Positions 52,442 through 64,000 of a stretch of 64,000 nucleotides of DNA are shown one piece after another. Numbering within the stretch: position 1 is the first letter of the stretch; every line of letters begins with the position of its first letter. Under the pieces are notes generated by a model. It saw only the letters and a list, made by a program, of their open reading frames with translations. It had not been told where the DNA came from and searched no databases. The DNA comes from Octopus vulgaris (Eukaryota). Where the stretch lies: the NCBI GenBank assembly GCA_951406725.2, contig OX597817.1, positions 150,598,001-150,662,000 of the forward strand, written 5' to 3'. The position numbers and the translations under genes are program-made.

Positions 52442-53194
52442 TAGTAATGTCATACTGTATACTTTTTGGTATCTACAATAGCTAGCAACAGGTTTACTTT
52501 CACTCATGGTTTCACTTTCTAAGAAGCCGCTTTCAAGTTTTGTCTTAGAAAATCCAATTTCACTTCCTGATAACCTGAAGTACTCAAATGTTTTCCATTC
52601 AACAATGTTGGATTAACATATTAACTAAATGCCTTGAATAATGGTGATGGGGAGGGAATGAATTGGAAACCATGTGGTTACGAAGCTATGTTCATAATCA
52701 CAAGACCCTGTTTGCACCTATATTAAATGATATATATTTCTTATAAATCCTGTTTCAGCATGTATATGCAGTGTAAATCCCACTTGTCTAACTTTTATTT
52801 TCTATTTTTTGGTGGAAAATTTTATTGAATCTAAATAATAAAAGTAATATGATTTTTCTGTTTTTTCTTTCACTCCTCTCACTCATTTTCCAGTTCGGAA
52901 TACACAACCAACCATAACTTCCTTGTTTGTTTGCATTTTTTCCTAAATGTTTTCTTGAAATACGTGTTTTATTCTTAAATTACAGTCTTGTAAAGAAATA
53001 GGGTCAGACGGGTTTGGGTTCAAGATTAGTGTTACTTGGAGAGAGAGCGGACATGTCTTTAAAAAATTAAATTTATGAATTATTTTTTGTATTTTACTCA
53101 CTCATAATCTCCAGTGTTTAAAATATAGAAACTGGAAAGCATCTAAATAACTCATATATATATGCATACCTTTTCCTTCTTTTTCCTCTGCTTG

Positions 53195-53613
53195 TGAAGA
53201 CCTATTGAGGCAAGTGAAATTCGATGACTGGCATCCATGCTAGCGGGGTGCAAAGAGCACCATATGAGTGTGATCGTTGACAGAGCGGCTAACTGGCTTC
53301 TGTGCTGGTGGCATGTAAAAGGCACCATTTGAGCATGATCGTTACCAGCATCGCCTTTCTGGCATCCATGCCTGTGGCATGTGTAAAAAGATTCAAGTGA
53401 GGTCGTTGCCAGTACCGCCTGACTGTCCCCCGTGCTGGTGGCACGTAAAAGCATACACTACACTCTTGGAGTGGTTGGCGTTAGGAAGGGCATCCAGCTG
53501 TAGAAACTCTGCCAGATCAAGACTGGAGCCTGGTGCAGCCATCTGGTTTGCCAGCCCTCAGTCAAACCATCCAACCCATGCTAGCATGGAAAGCAGACGT
53601 TAAATGATGATGA

Positions 53614-53617
<4 letters not shown>
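53195..53617 (+). mobile_element. SINE-like family 2
   Basis: Ends gcatggaaagcagacgttaaatgatgatgatgat; further copies near 18240-18440, 38990-39137, 44265-44435, 45765-45945, 51010-51271, 56600-56838 and 57270-57580. Confidence 0.8.
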
Positions 53618-53666
<49 letters not shown>

Positions 53667-53834
53667 TATATGTGAAGAAGTTTGCTTCCTAACCACATGG
53701 TTCCAGATTCAGTCTCGCTGCATGGCACCTTGGGCAAGTGTCTTCTACTATAGTCTTAGGCTGACCAAATCCTTGAGTGGATTCGGTAGACAGAAATTGA
53801 AAGAAGTCCATTGTGTGTGTATATATATATATAT

Positions 53835-55028
53835 TGTTACGACCTGGTAGCTGTAAACTAAATGTACACAACCAACAATGATGTGGTGAACCCAAAACAA
53901 CAACACACCATGATGTTTTTTAGAATATTATTAACAATTAAGCATCAGCATACACAAACAACCTACATACAATCAAATATGTGGGAACAAATAAAATTAA
54001 TGCTACACTAGATGTGCAGTCAAAATATTTACAAAAGTAAAATATATACAGTTTAGAAATTTGGATTCAGAAATTTGGTTTTACAAACTTAATTTCATAA
54101 ATTTGGATTCATATATTTGGTTTCATTGGATTCAGAAATTTGGTTTCATTGGATTCTGAAATTTGGTTTCGTTGGATTCAGAAATTTGGATTTCGAAATT
54201 TGAACCTAAACATAAATAAATCTAATGTCAAAGCAACCATTTAAACTAAAAGTTCATGACACAAAATGGCTGCCAGACTACATCAATAATTATAGTTCAA
54301 AAATAAATAGTCAAACAAATAATCTAGTTTGCTTTAAATTCACACAAAACTGCTTCATATAAGCATGCTGACAAAATTTACAGTTTAGTTGTCTAATACA
54401 AAAAAAAAACTGGCTACATGAAAAATTAAATTCATACACCCTCTAGCTATTTATACAAATTTATACACATTTATCTTAACAGAAAATCGCTAGCAAAATT
54501 ACTACATAACCTGCCACAAATGTAGGGTTCAAAATTCACATAAATATTACAATAACATAACTTAAGAGATTTTTGTACTCACCCAGATGTGACAGAAATT
54601 ATTTAAATCTGACAAACAAAAGTTCTGGCGAATTCCTGGAGCAAAAATAAATCCATAAATGCTGAACACAAAACACAAAATACATAAACTAAACAGGCAA
54701 TCATAGCTTCCAGAATCCAATTGAACAAACTTGTCTCACAGAAAAAAAACTTTAACTGTCACAAAAACTGAATGTACAATTATCTCTGCTTATAAAAGTT
54801 TGCTAAGGTCTAGCCAATTTGTTAGAATTTCAGTTTGGCTATTTACACCTAACTTCCCCCATTTTGACAATGGACTTCATCCTGACCTTACGGTGCAGCA
54901 TGCAAAACTGTCTGTTTACCTATTAAAATTTATAATGCAGTGTAGGTAACACTGCCCGATAATAGTATTATTTCATAATATGCTCATAAAACAGACATAA
55001 TTTTTAAGAAAACCTTTATTTCCTAACA
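53835..55028. mobile_element. Solo-LTR-like element with internal minisatellite
   Basis: TGTTACGA...TCCTAACA inverted termini, inserted into a SINE (TA)n tract; 14/23-bp ttggattcagaaatttggtttc repeats at 54052-54202. TSD not clear. Confidence 0.45.
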
Positions 55029-55067
55029 AATAATATGTGTATGTGTGTGCGTATATGTATATATATA

Positions 55068-55456
55068 TAAAGAAGAAAACAATTAGTTTTAAATTTCTGA
55101 GTGAGGAGTAAGTTGCAACAGTACTACAGTGCAAAATCTATTTGCCAACGTAAAGTGCCAGTCCTGATTAGGACGATATTACTACCTTTTTTAGCCCCAG
55201 GAAAATATCATTTCAAGCTGGCTACTGATACACAACTGCGTCCTTATACTTCGAACAAGGGAGCTAATGTCCCCATTCAGCCTTAAATGGTACCTGCGGA
55301 CCATGGTTTCTGAGTTATTTTTTCTTCATCGGTACAGGATAACCTTTGGCTAGAGATGGCAGCACTAGGCCTTGTTCGAGGTATATACTTTTAAAGTGAC
55401 ACATAGTTACTGATCTTGTAAAGAGGAAAATAATTAGCTCTAAATCTCTGAGCGAG
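55068..55456 (-). mobile_element. 351-nt terminally redundant retrozyme/Penelope-like unit in a (TA)n tract
   Basis: 38-nt direct repeats at 55068-55105 and 55419-55456 (32/38, all transitions); 16-nt inverted repeat 55245-55260 / 55370-55385 enclosing the hammerhead motif. Confidence 0.6.
55293..55338 (-). ncRNA. Degenerate type I hammerhead ribozyme motif within a retrozyme-like unit
   Basis: CCTGTA-CCGATGA-AGAAAAAATAACTCA-GAAA-CCATGG-TC-CGCAGG: GUC cleavage triplet, palindromic helix III, helix I CCTGT/GCAGG; U4>C core substitution and weak helix II. Confidence 0.55.
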
Positions 55457-55494
<38 letters not shown>

Positions 55495-55909
55495 CTCTGT
55501 GTTGGGGTAATTTGTTTGAAGTTCTTCAAGCAGTGTCCCAGCATGGCTGCAGTCTAATGACTGAAACAAGTAAAAGATAAATACAATTTGAACCAGTTCA
55601 ATAGCCTTTTGCAATATTTTTCTGACAAATACATTTTCATTAATTGATTTACAATTTTCATATTCTACATGAAAATATTTGGTGTCTTTAGCTTTTTATT
55701 TCATGTGATAGGAACAAATAAAATGTCAAAACAACTATGCTCAACACAAGTTAGAAATTTGAATATTTTGGTTAAGACAACTCAATAATTTTGTTTACTT
55801 ACACTTCTGTTTCTGAGCAAAGCAAGACATAAATTGACATAATTATACTCATGAGCATCATTAGGTCTGGCATCTGTTTAATGGGATGCACTTAAAAAAA
55901 TTTGCTTGA

Positions 55910-55944
55910 GAGAGAGAGAGTGAATGTGTGTGTGTATCTGTATG

Positions 55945-56031
<87 letters not shown>
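55910..56031. repeat. (GA)n-(TG)n-long (TA)n microsatellite
   Basis: About 80 bp of pure TA. Confidence 0.95.
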
Positions 56032-56037
<6 letters not shown>

Positions 56038-57057
56038 GAAGATGTGTTTATTCATTTTTGTATACTACATGAAATGTGTTCACTACAGGGTTTTGTCCAT
56101 GAAAAATATTTCTCCTTATGGACTTTGAGTGTAATGGTACATCAGGCTGAACTTCAAATAATGTTAGCTGACTACTAGACATGGTGTTTCAGTGTGGTTT
56201 TTGCCTCCTCAGTAGTAGACACCAATTCAGTTATTTAGAGCTAGGTCAGAACTTCTGTCCTTATATAGAAAATAGCTACAAAATATTTGCTAGTATTAGC
56301 TGAAGCTTGTCAAGCTTGGATTAATTTTGTGTAAACACACAAAGCAGCAAGAATCAGACTAAAGAAGTGTACATTTATTTTTAACATCTTCCTGTACACT
56401 ACAATATGAAAAGCATTTATGAAATTTCATTGCAGAGAAATTGACTTAGTGTAAAAACATATCATGCCAAGCTCCAGTGCTGTCAGTGGATTACTATGCA
56501 TGTTTTGGTGTGATGTTACCTCCTCTATTATACGGCACCACATCAGTCATTTAGAACTGGATTGAAGCAAAACTGCTTTCTATAATACTACTTCTCCCTC
56601 ACTTGAGGAATCTTACCTTGCAAGTTACTTGGTGATCTTGAGGGTGCTGGTGCCACAAAAAAAAAAGAATCCAATACACTCTGTGAAGTGGTTGACATTA
56701 GGAAGGGCATTCAGCTGTAGATATCATGCTAAAGCTGAAGTTGAGCTTGCTACAATCTTCTGACTCACCAACACCTGTCAAACCATCTAATCCATACTAG
56801 CAGGGTAAGTAGATGTTTGATGATGATGATGATGATGATATATTTGTGTACGTGTGTGTGCATGTGTTGTAAAATTCATGATGATTTGGTCTTCAAGTTT
56901 CCCCTAATGGCTTATGCAACTAATGTCTGGTTGAATGTGTTACGTGAAATTTGGCATTCTGTATATATGTGTGTATATGTACACATGTACATATATGCAG
57001 GTATATGTACATACATGTGTAATATGAATAGTGATGTGCATCATCCTCATCATTTAA

Positions 57058-57269
57058 CCCTTTTGTTACCAACCTTGCTGAAACCGGCTCTGAGTACAAA
57101 TGTCTTGTTTACATAAGTTTTGAATTAAAATCTTCCACCAAACCGTAGTCACAATTTATGTTCCTAACATTAACTTAATGATAAGTAAGTTATTTTACTA
57201 AATTCTTTGTTATATTTAAAGTAATTGAAAGAAACAGAGCATCTCAAAATAAATACAGTAACAAAAGGG
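57058..57269. mobile_element. piggyBac family A MITE inserted into the TTAA of a SINE tail
   Basis: catcat-TTAA|ccc...ggg|TTAA-cgtctgctttccatg restores the SINE end catcatttaacgtc. Confidence 0.9.
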
Positions 57270-57949
57270 TTAACGTCTGCTTTCCATGTAGCATGGGTTG
57301 GATGGTTTGACTAAAAACTGGCAAGCCGAGAGGCTGCACCAGGTTCCAGTCTGATTTGACAAGGTTTCTACAGCTGGATGCCCTTTCTAATGCCAACCAC
57401 TCCTAGAGTGTAGTGGGTGCTTTTTTACGTGCCTCTGGCACAGGAACCTATCAGGCAGCACGGACATTGGCCACACTTGAATGGTGCATTTTACATGCCA
57501 CCGGCATGGTTGCCAGTCAAGCAGCACTTGCATAAGCCACACTTGAATGGTGCTTTTTATGTGCCACTGGCATCGGCCAATGATTACTGAGAAATGTACA
57601 GAAAAATTATGATAAACAAAGAGATATTAGTGTTTTGAATAATTTATCATTTGTTAAGAGAGAATATGAGAATCTATGTGCACACACACATGAATATGTT
57701 TCAGGAGGCAGCACTATGGTAAATAATAGCAGATAGGATGTAGGTGAGGACATACTATCCTACACAGTTGCAGGTTCACTTTCCATATCTCTGACTGCTT
57801 TACCTGCATCTCCAAAAAAAAAAAAAACTAACTCTTTGGTTTATTTTTAATGGGAGAAATTAATTAGAAGTTACTTGATCATTTAAGAGTGCATTTATTG
57901 GATATCCAACGAGAAAGTTAGTTTGCTGAAAACTGTCACCTGACATGTC

Positions 57950-58299
57950 AAACTCCACCTGTCTAACACCCGTGGACATGTTTACAAAGTCAGAAAACAG
58001 CACAGCTCCCATGACTTTCGGAAATATTTTTTCATGCTGAGTTGTTGAAGTATGGAACAAACTGCCGGCATCAGTTGTTAGTTGTCGGAGCACTGCATCC
58101 TTCAAAAGTTCCATGCTTCCTGAGATTCGCCAACACTACACCTGATTTTCTCCCCTCCATACACACACAAGCATGTATCTGACTCCTACACTGTTCACTT
58201 CCCAGACATTTGTACGTGACTGCATACGCTTTATACGCACTTTTGACAAGTTGTAGTGCACCTGAGCACTGTATACAATAATTTCATTATTATTATTAT
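57950..58299 (+). mobile_element. 5'-truncated CR1-type LINE 3' end
   Basis: SNTRGHVYKVRKQHSSHDFRKYFF..(fs)VVEVWNKLPASVVSCRSTASFK...* followed by 3'UTR and (ATT)n tail. Confidence 0.8.
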
Positions 58300-58982
58300 A
58301 AATCTCCAAATCCTTTCTATCTTCAACTTACTGTTTGGGGATTCTTGCAACACCATGACTATTACAAACGGCAGTTAATTTTCTGCTTAGATACAACCAC
58401 TCCTTAAAGTATCAATAACCAACTAGCTTGCCTCTAACTCCTTCTTACTGATTAAAATCCTCACATGCACTTCACAACATCCTCAGTTACCTAATATCCA
58501 CACATGATGCCTTATTTACATTTAAAAGTAATTGTTTTTCTTTCCTATCTATTATGTCCACATCCCATTACATCAATATCAATGTCATTATGCTATTACA
58601 TTGCTCTGTCAATATCACATTCTCACATGATTGTGCCACCGTGTCATTAATACTACTATCTCTACTACTTCCATTCTGCCATATATGCATGTTATCAGCA
58701 TGCTGATCATGCTGTTCAGTGTCAATGGTAACTTGCATTAACTCGTGACATCCTATTACTGATTTTGGATAGATTGTGCTTACAAATGAAATCAGTAACA
58801 GCCCTTTTGCAATGTATAATTGCTTGCTCAACAAATTAAGCTTTTCAGATTCATCTGAAAGGTAAAATATATCACAACAGACAGCAATCAACTGTTCATC
58901 AAGCTACTTTCTATTCAGAAATGACTTAAGTACAACCATAAAGTGATGAAGGCAATTACTTTTTAATAGCTATCATACTATA

Positions 58983-59359
58983 GGTGCAGGTGTGGCTCTG
59001 TGGTAAGAAGTTTGCTTCCCAACCACGATTCCCAGTTGAGTCCTACTTCACAGCATCTTGGGCAAGTATCTTCTGCTATAGCCTTGGGCTGACCGAAGCC
59101 TTGTGAATGGATTTGGTAGACAGCAACTGTAAAAAGCTTGTAGTATGTCTGTCTGTCCATCTGTCTGTCTTTCTCCCTTACCACTGGTTGACAACTGATG
59201 TTGGTGTGGTTACATCCCTATAACTTAGCTGTTCAGCAAAAGAGACTGATAGAATAAGTACCAGGCTTTAAAAAAATGAGTAGTGGGGTTGATCATTTGA
59301 ATAAAAATTATTCAAGCATGGCTGCAGTCCAATGACAGAAACTAGTCAAAGATAAAAGA
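58983..59359 (+). mobile_element. SINE family 1 (older copy)
   Basis: Same head and tail; partial copies also near 1-122, 14400-14600, 38010-38170, 49180-49340, 53675-53834, 60670-60810 and 63110-63280. Confidence 0.8.
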
Positions 59360-59792
59360 TGCCTCTCTCCTATGTATAGGCATTAAAGTGAGATGTAGCA
59401 GTGCAAACTATTCATCATTTTGATCACAATGTTCTCAAAAGAGATAAATTTGAAGTGCATTTAATTTGAAAAGGTTGACAGTTTTTATTACAGCATATGG
59501 AAAGAAAATACAGCAATCAAAGACAGTATTTTTAAATAAGAAATGAACCATAAAAGCAACATCATCGTTTGCACAAGCCATTATATCTCCCAGTGGAGTA
59601 TTGATTTCCCTGAAATAAGTTTCAACTTTACCCTTCGTTTCTTCTTTGGTGTCAGTTGCAAGCCATTGGGGGTGTTTATTATATGAAAACTTAAGATGGC
59701 ACAGCTGCTAATCAAATAAAGCAGATTCAACAATTTGTTTTTCTGCATCCTGAACTATTTTGTCAATGCATCTCAATATTTAGGACTTGCTT

Positions 59793-60003
59793 AAGGTGGT
59801 GGGCTGGCAGAATCATTAACACACTGTGCAATTTGCTTAGAGACATTTCATCCGTCTTTATGTTCTGAGTTCAAATTCTGCTGAGGTTGGCTTTGCCTTT
59901 TTAGGATCGGTAAAATAATTAGCATTTGACCACTGGGGTTGATTTCATTGACTTACCTTCTTTCCCAAAATTACTAGCTTTATGCCAAAATATGAAATCA
60001 ATA
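59793..60003 (+). mobile_element. tRNA-derived SINE family 4
   Basis: gctggcagaatcattaac...gagttcaaattc (B box)...ccaaaatatgaaatcaat; partial inverted copy at about 62270-62450. Confidence 0.65.
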
Positions 60004-61179
60004 TTTAAGACATCTTTAAAGTGATAACAGCATACTGGACACCAATATAGAATTTCTGAGGGCCTATACTTTTGTTAGATAATTGTTGAACCTACACTAA
60101 GTTCATCTGACCTTTTGACAGGTCTTGTTTTTAGTCTGACCGAGTTTCTGGCAACCCACCTCACTAGGCAAGTCTAGTCAGGGTGCTGGTTTAGTTGCTG
60201 ATGACCCAACCATGCAACAAGTTGTACTGGATTCCATGTTACCAGTAGCACTCATAAGAGACCTCACAAATGACCTAACACTTTGAAAAGTTATGGGCAC
60301 TGCCTTCTCTTCTGGCTAATAAAACCTTAACATTATCATATTTTCTCTCTTAAATTACCATAACTCCTATTTATATTTATTTTCATAGTCTTAATGCCTT
60401 TTAATTTGCTGAAGACAATTTCTGTTGTGTTTCTCACAGCTGGTATTTGGATATAGTTTATTGGATTATCATGAGAGCTAACATTGTGGAATGTCTTATT
60501 TTTAACTGTCAGTAAGACGTACCATAAAATAACAAATGGAATAATTTTTATCTCATTGCTATACATGTTGTTTAAATAATTGCCCAGTTGTATATATTTC
60601 TGTCCCAACTTAATCTATTTCGACATAATTTGTAACCCTTTTTTGCTATTGTGTGTGTGTATAGACACAGATATGACTTCATGGTTATGTAGTTAGCTTT
60701 GCAGCCACATGGTTTAGGGTTCAGTCACTTGGCATGGCACCTTATGTGTCTTCACTAAAGCTCCAAGTTATGTAATACTTTGTGAGGGAATTAGAAAATG
60801 TTGGAAACCTGTTTTGTGTGTGTGGGTGTGTGGGTGCATATAGGCGGTGGGTGTGTGTCTGGTTGCATGAATGTGTGTCAATGTTTATATATTCATTGCT
60901 GCTTGAGTAAAAGGTTCTGAAATTACTGGTTGCTCTGTGCTATTTAGCAGAAGCATGTGGCTTAGCAGTTAGGGCTGTTGGGCTCATGATTGTAAGATTG
61001 TGGTTTCAGTTCCTTGACTGAATAATGTGTTGTGTTCTCGAGCAGAACCCTTCATTATATGTTGCTCTAGTTTACTTGGAGAAATGGGTAATACTGTGAT
61101 AGTAAGAGGAGCTACGTAGTTACATTTAGAAGAGTGAGAATAATCAGTAGCAGCTCTTTTTCCCATACTTACATGAGCT

Positions 61180-61500
61180 GGATGGGTCTTAGTGGCTTGT
61201 CTCCAAACTGCAGTTCTCTGTAATCTCCTTGATGAGGTCCAGTCTCTTTGGATCAACTTCAACATTTCTTCCCATGTTTTTTGTATATTTTTTCATTTGG
61301 ATCACTTGCCATATATTTATTCAGCTGTCATTCCCATATGCATGACATGTTTGTACCAGTTTACTCTTCTCTCTAGTACACTATATCTAATTCCTTTTAT
61401 ACTCAATGTTTTCTGTTGTTCATGCACACTACCATTACATTATCCAGTGGAGCATGCTCACCTTGTTTGTTTCCAACCTTCTAATATCTTCCACATTCAC
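61180..61500 (-). mobile_element. RTE-clade LINE remnant
   Basis: Decayed RRVNWYKHVMHM...KTWEEMLKLIQRD; a similar 3' end lies at 9937-10075 (+). Confidence 0.5.
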
Positions 61501-61992
61501 TCTCTATTTTGCTTCTATGCAACATTGCTCTTCACTGACATCATGTAAATTGTTCTTCACTCATAGAATTCCTTTGTTGGCAGCAGAGGTAATAGTTCCT
61601 TGAAGTCTTTCCACACAATTTTTATTGTGACTATTCTGCCTTCATATCACCCACCCCACATCCTAGTCAGTGTGTAAAACATTCTTATGAAGGAAAAATT
61701 AATTGCCTTTTAGAGATAAGTTGATTTCTTTTTTAGCTTATAGTTTTGTATTTGTTTTTTGTGTTGAGGTGTTTAGATGTGTTACAATTGTGCCTTCTGC
61801 AGGTACATCTGTGAGAATAGATCAAGAATGTTGTCTACTCTTATTGGTTCATCTATGATCTGCTGTAAACTAAGACAATCAGTAAACTGTTGTGTGAAGA
61901 TGACCAGCATTGTTGATTGTTCAGTTGACTAGTACTTATTTTCAACTTGAAAAATGTAAGTTGATCTCATCAGGTGTTCAATTCAATATTAA

Positions 61993-62212
61993 CCCTTTCG
62001 TTACCGTATTTATTTTGAGATGCTCTGTTTTTCTTTCAATTACTTTAAATACAACAAAAAATTTGGTAAAATAATTTAGTTATCTTTCATTTAGTGTTAG
62101 GAACATAAATTGTGACTAAGGTTTGGTGGAAGATTTTAATTCAAAATTTATGAAAACAAGACATTTGTACTCAGAACCAGAGCCGGTTTCAGCCGGATTG
62201 GTAACAAAAGGG
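61993..62212. mobile_element. piggyBac family A MITE
   Basis: TTAA TSDs and TIRs; shows the empty TTAA site occupied at 11824. Confidence 0.9.
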
Positions 62213-62619
62213 TTAAATGAATTACAAAATTATTGCAGAACATTTGTTTTGATGTTCTCCTGATTTTGACCCTAGTAATAATAGTTTAAAATTTTGACAC
62301 AAGGCCAGCTAGTTCAAAGGAGGGGACAAGTCAATTACATTGACCCTAGTGCTCAACAGGTACACATTTTATTGATCCTTGAAAGGGTGAAAGACAAAAT
62401 GCTTAGCAACATTTTGTCAGGTGCAGTAATGATTCTGTTAGCCTGCTGCTTATTTGATCTTAATAACAAGAACAGTCAAAGAGCACAAACCTCTGCACAG
62501 GCAACACCACTGTCCTCTCAACGATTAGCTGGAGATAATTTTTAAAATGGGAATATCTGAAATAAACTCTACTGCTCACACAAAGGAGAATACTAAAAAT
62601 GAACCTGACCACTTTCGAA

Positions 62620-62832
62620 AATTAAGTAAAAACACTGGTAAAATAATCCAAAATCCTTGTCTGGTACAGGATCGATCCCAAAATCTAATCAGTTCGTGCC
62701 AGTCATGAGGCCAAAATTCCCTGAAAGTTTCATCCAAATCCGTCCAGTGATTCTAGAGATATCTTGTCCACAGACAAATAAACAAACACAACTGAAAACA
62801 ATACTTCCACCTTTACTAAGGCAGACATAATA
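62620..62832 (+). mobile_element. Helentron/HINE-like element 3' part
   Basis: ccaaaatctaatcagttc...aagtttcatccaaatccg core, ACAG/ACAA microsatellite, terminal stem-loop tacttccacctt-tact-aaggcagacata. Confidence 0.5.
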
Positions 62833-63417
62833 ATAAAGACAAAATTTGAATTAAGATTTCATCCTCATTGTTTTAACATCCACTTTTTCATGCTTGCATG
62901 GGTCAGATGGAATTTATTGAGGTAGGTCTTCTATGGCTGGATGCCTTTTATATCACCAACCCTCACCTGCCTCAAATTAAGGTAATATCTCTCCATGACC
63001 AGACAGGCTTTCGTGGAAGATTGAAACAAAGGACACTACTTGCATGATGTTGATAGTAGTTTACTATCATGCAATGTCAAAGCAAGGAAACAATAACACA
63101 AGCATGCATGCATGCACACACACATGACAGGTCTTAGTTTCCAGCTACCAAATCCATTCAAAAGGATTTGGTTGGCCAGGGGCTATAGAAGACATTTACC
63201 CCAGTTGCCATTCAGTTTAACTGAACCCAAAATCACGTGGTTGGGAAACCAACTTCTTACTACATGGCTATTACTGCACCTTGTTTTAAATCTCATTATT
63301 TAATAGATGAAGAAAATGTATATTTTCATGCTTAACTAATTATATTAGATTAAATATTTTATTCTAGGATAAATGCAAATAAATGTTTTAGTTTAAGATT
63401 AACAAACTTGTAACATT

Positions 63418-63778
63418 TTCGATGCCAGTGCCCCCTGCCTGGCTCCTGTGCCAGTGGCACATAAAAAGTACCATCCAAATGTGGCCGATGCCAGTGCCCC
63501 CTGACTGGCTTCTATGCCGGTGGCACATATAAAGCACTATCCAAACGTAATTGATGCTGGGCTTGCCTGACTGGCACCTGTGCTGGTGGCACGTAAAAAG
63601 CACCCACTGCACTCTCGGAGTGGTTGGCGTTAAGAAGGGCATCTAGCTGTAGAAACATTGCCAGATCAGATTGGAGCCTGGTGCAGCTGCTGGCTCTCCA
63701 GACCCTCAGTCAAACCATCCAACCCATGCCAGCACGGAAAACGGACGTTAAATGATGATGATGATGATGATGGTGATG
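63418..63778 (+). mobile_element. SINE-like family 2
   Basis: Three internal tandem units and (GAT)n tail. Confidence 0.8.
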
Positions 63779-64000
63779 AAACACTTGAAAAGTTGGTCTA
63801 GTGGGTCAAAGAACCGGAAACAGAACTTGTTAGTTTAAAAAAAAAGTTTAATTTTAGGGCAAAAACAACCAGATTAGCTTTTTTCTAGGAAATGGGATAG
63901 GTCTTTATGAATGCAAAATTATTCCATTTGGGGATTGATGAGGCAACTTCTCATTAGGAATTTCTCTTTCTTTAAATCCGTTTATTTAGATAAACAAGTT

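Noticed and set aside
52893-53060. Strong polypyrimidine acceptor ttttccag| on +
   Set aside because: No consensus donor or open frame follows.
61803-61940. Possible next + strand exon after ttctgcag|
   Set aside because: Stops in the frames compatible with the 46858-46966 exon and no convincing donor.

Overview
AT-rich, microsatellite- and SINE-dense animal genomic DNA; the SINE families look like those of octopus (inference from repeat recognition, not a search). Genes: (1) the last two coding exons of a pyrroline-5-carboxylate reductase (PYCR, +, 1216-4164). (2) A complete cohesin kleisin rad21 gene (-), which I could splice by hand into 11 coding exons (27210->9095, 2310 nt, 769 aa, all GT-AG and phase-compatible), with a probable ~4 kb 3'UTR converging on PYCR and three candidate E2F-site-bearing 5' exons/promoters (about 27.8, 30.7 and 33.0 kb). 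(3) One isolated + strand exon (46858-46966) of an unidentified divergent gene. The rest is largely transposon debris: two reciprocally nested piggyBac families and their MITEs, mariner/Tc1, Tigger, hAT, Helitron, Helentron-like, gypsy, CR1, RTE, CRE-like and several SINE families. Most notable unexplained signals: two type I hammerhead-ribozyme motifs on the - strand (36680-36738, and 55293-55338 inside a 351-nt terminally redundant retrozyme-like unit), a Penelope-type inverted repeat carrying half a hammerhead in a rad21 intron, a 60-nt candidate poison exon in rad21 with tandem TAA-TGA stops, a CCAAT/CRE/TATA promoter firing antisense to rad21, and an exact 329-bp local templated duplication.
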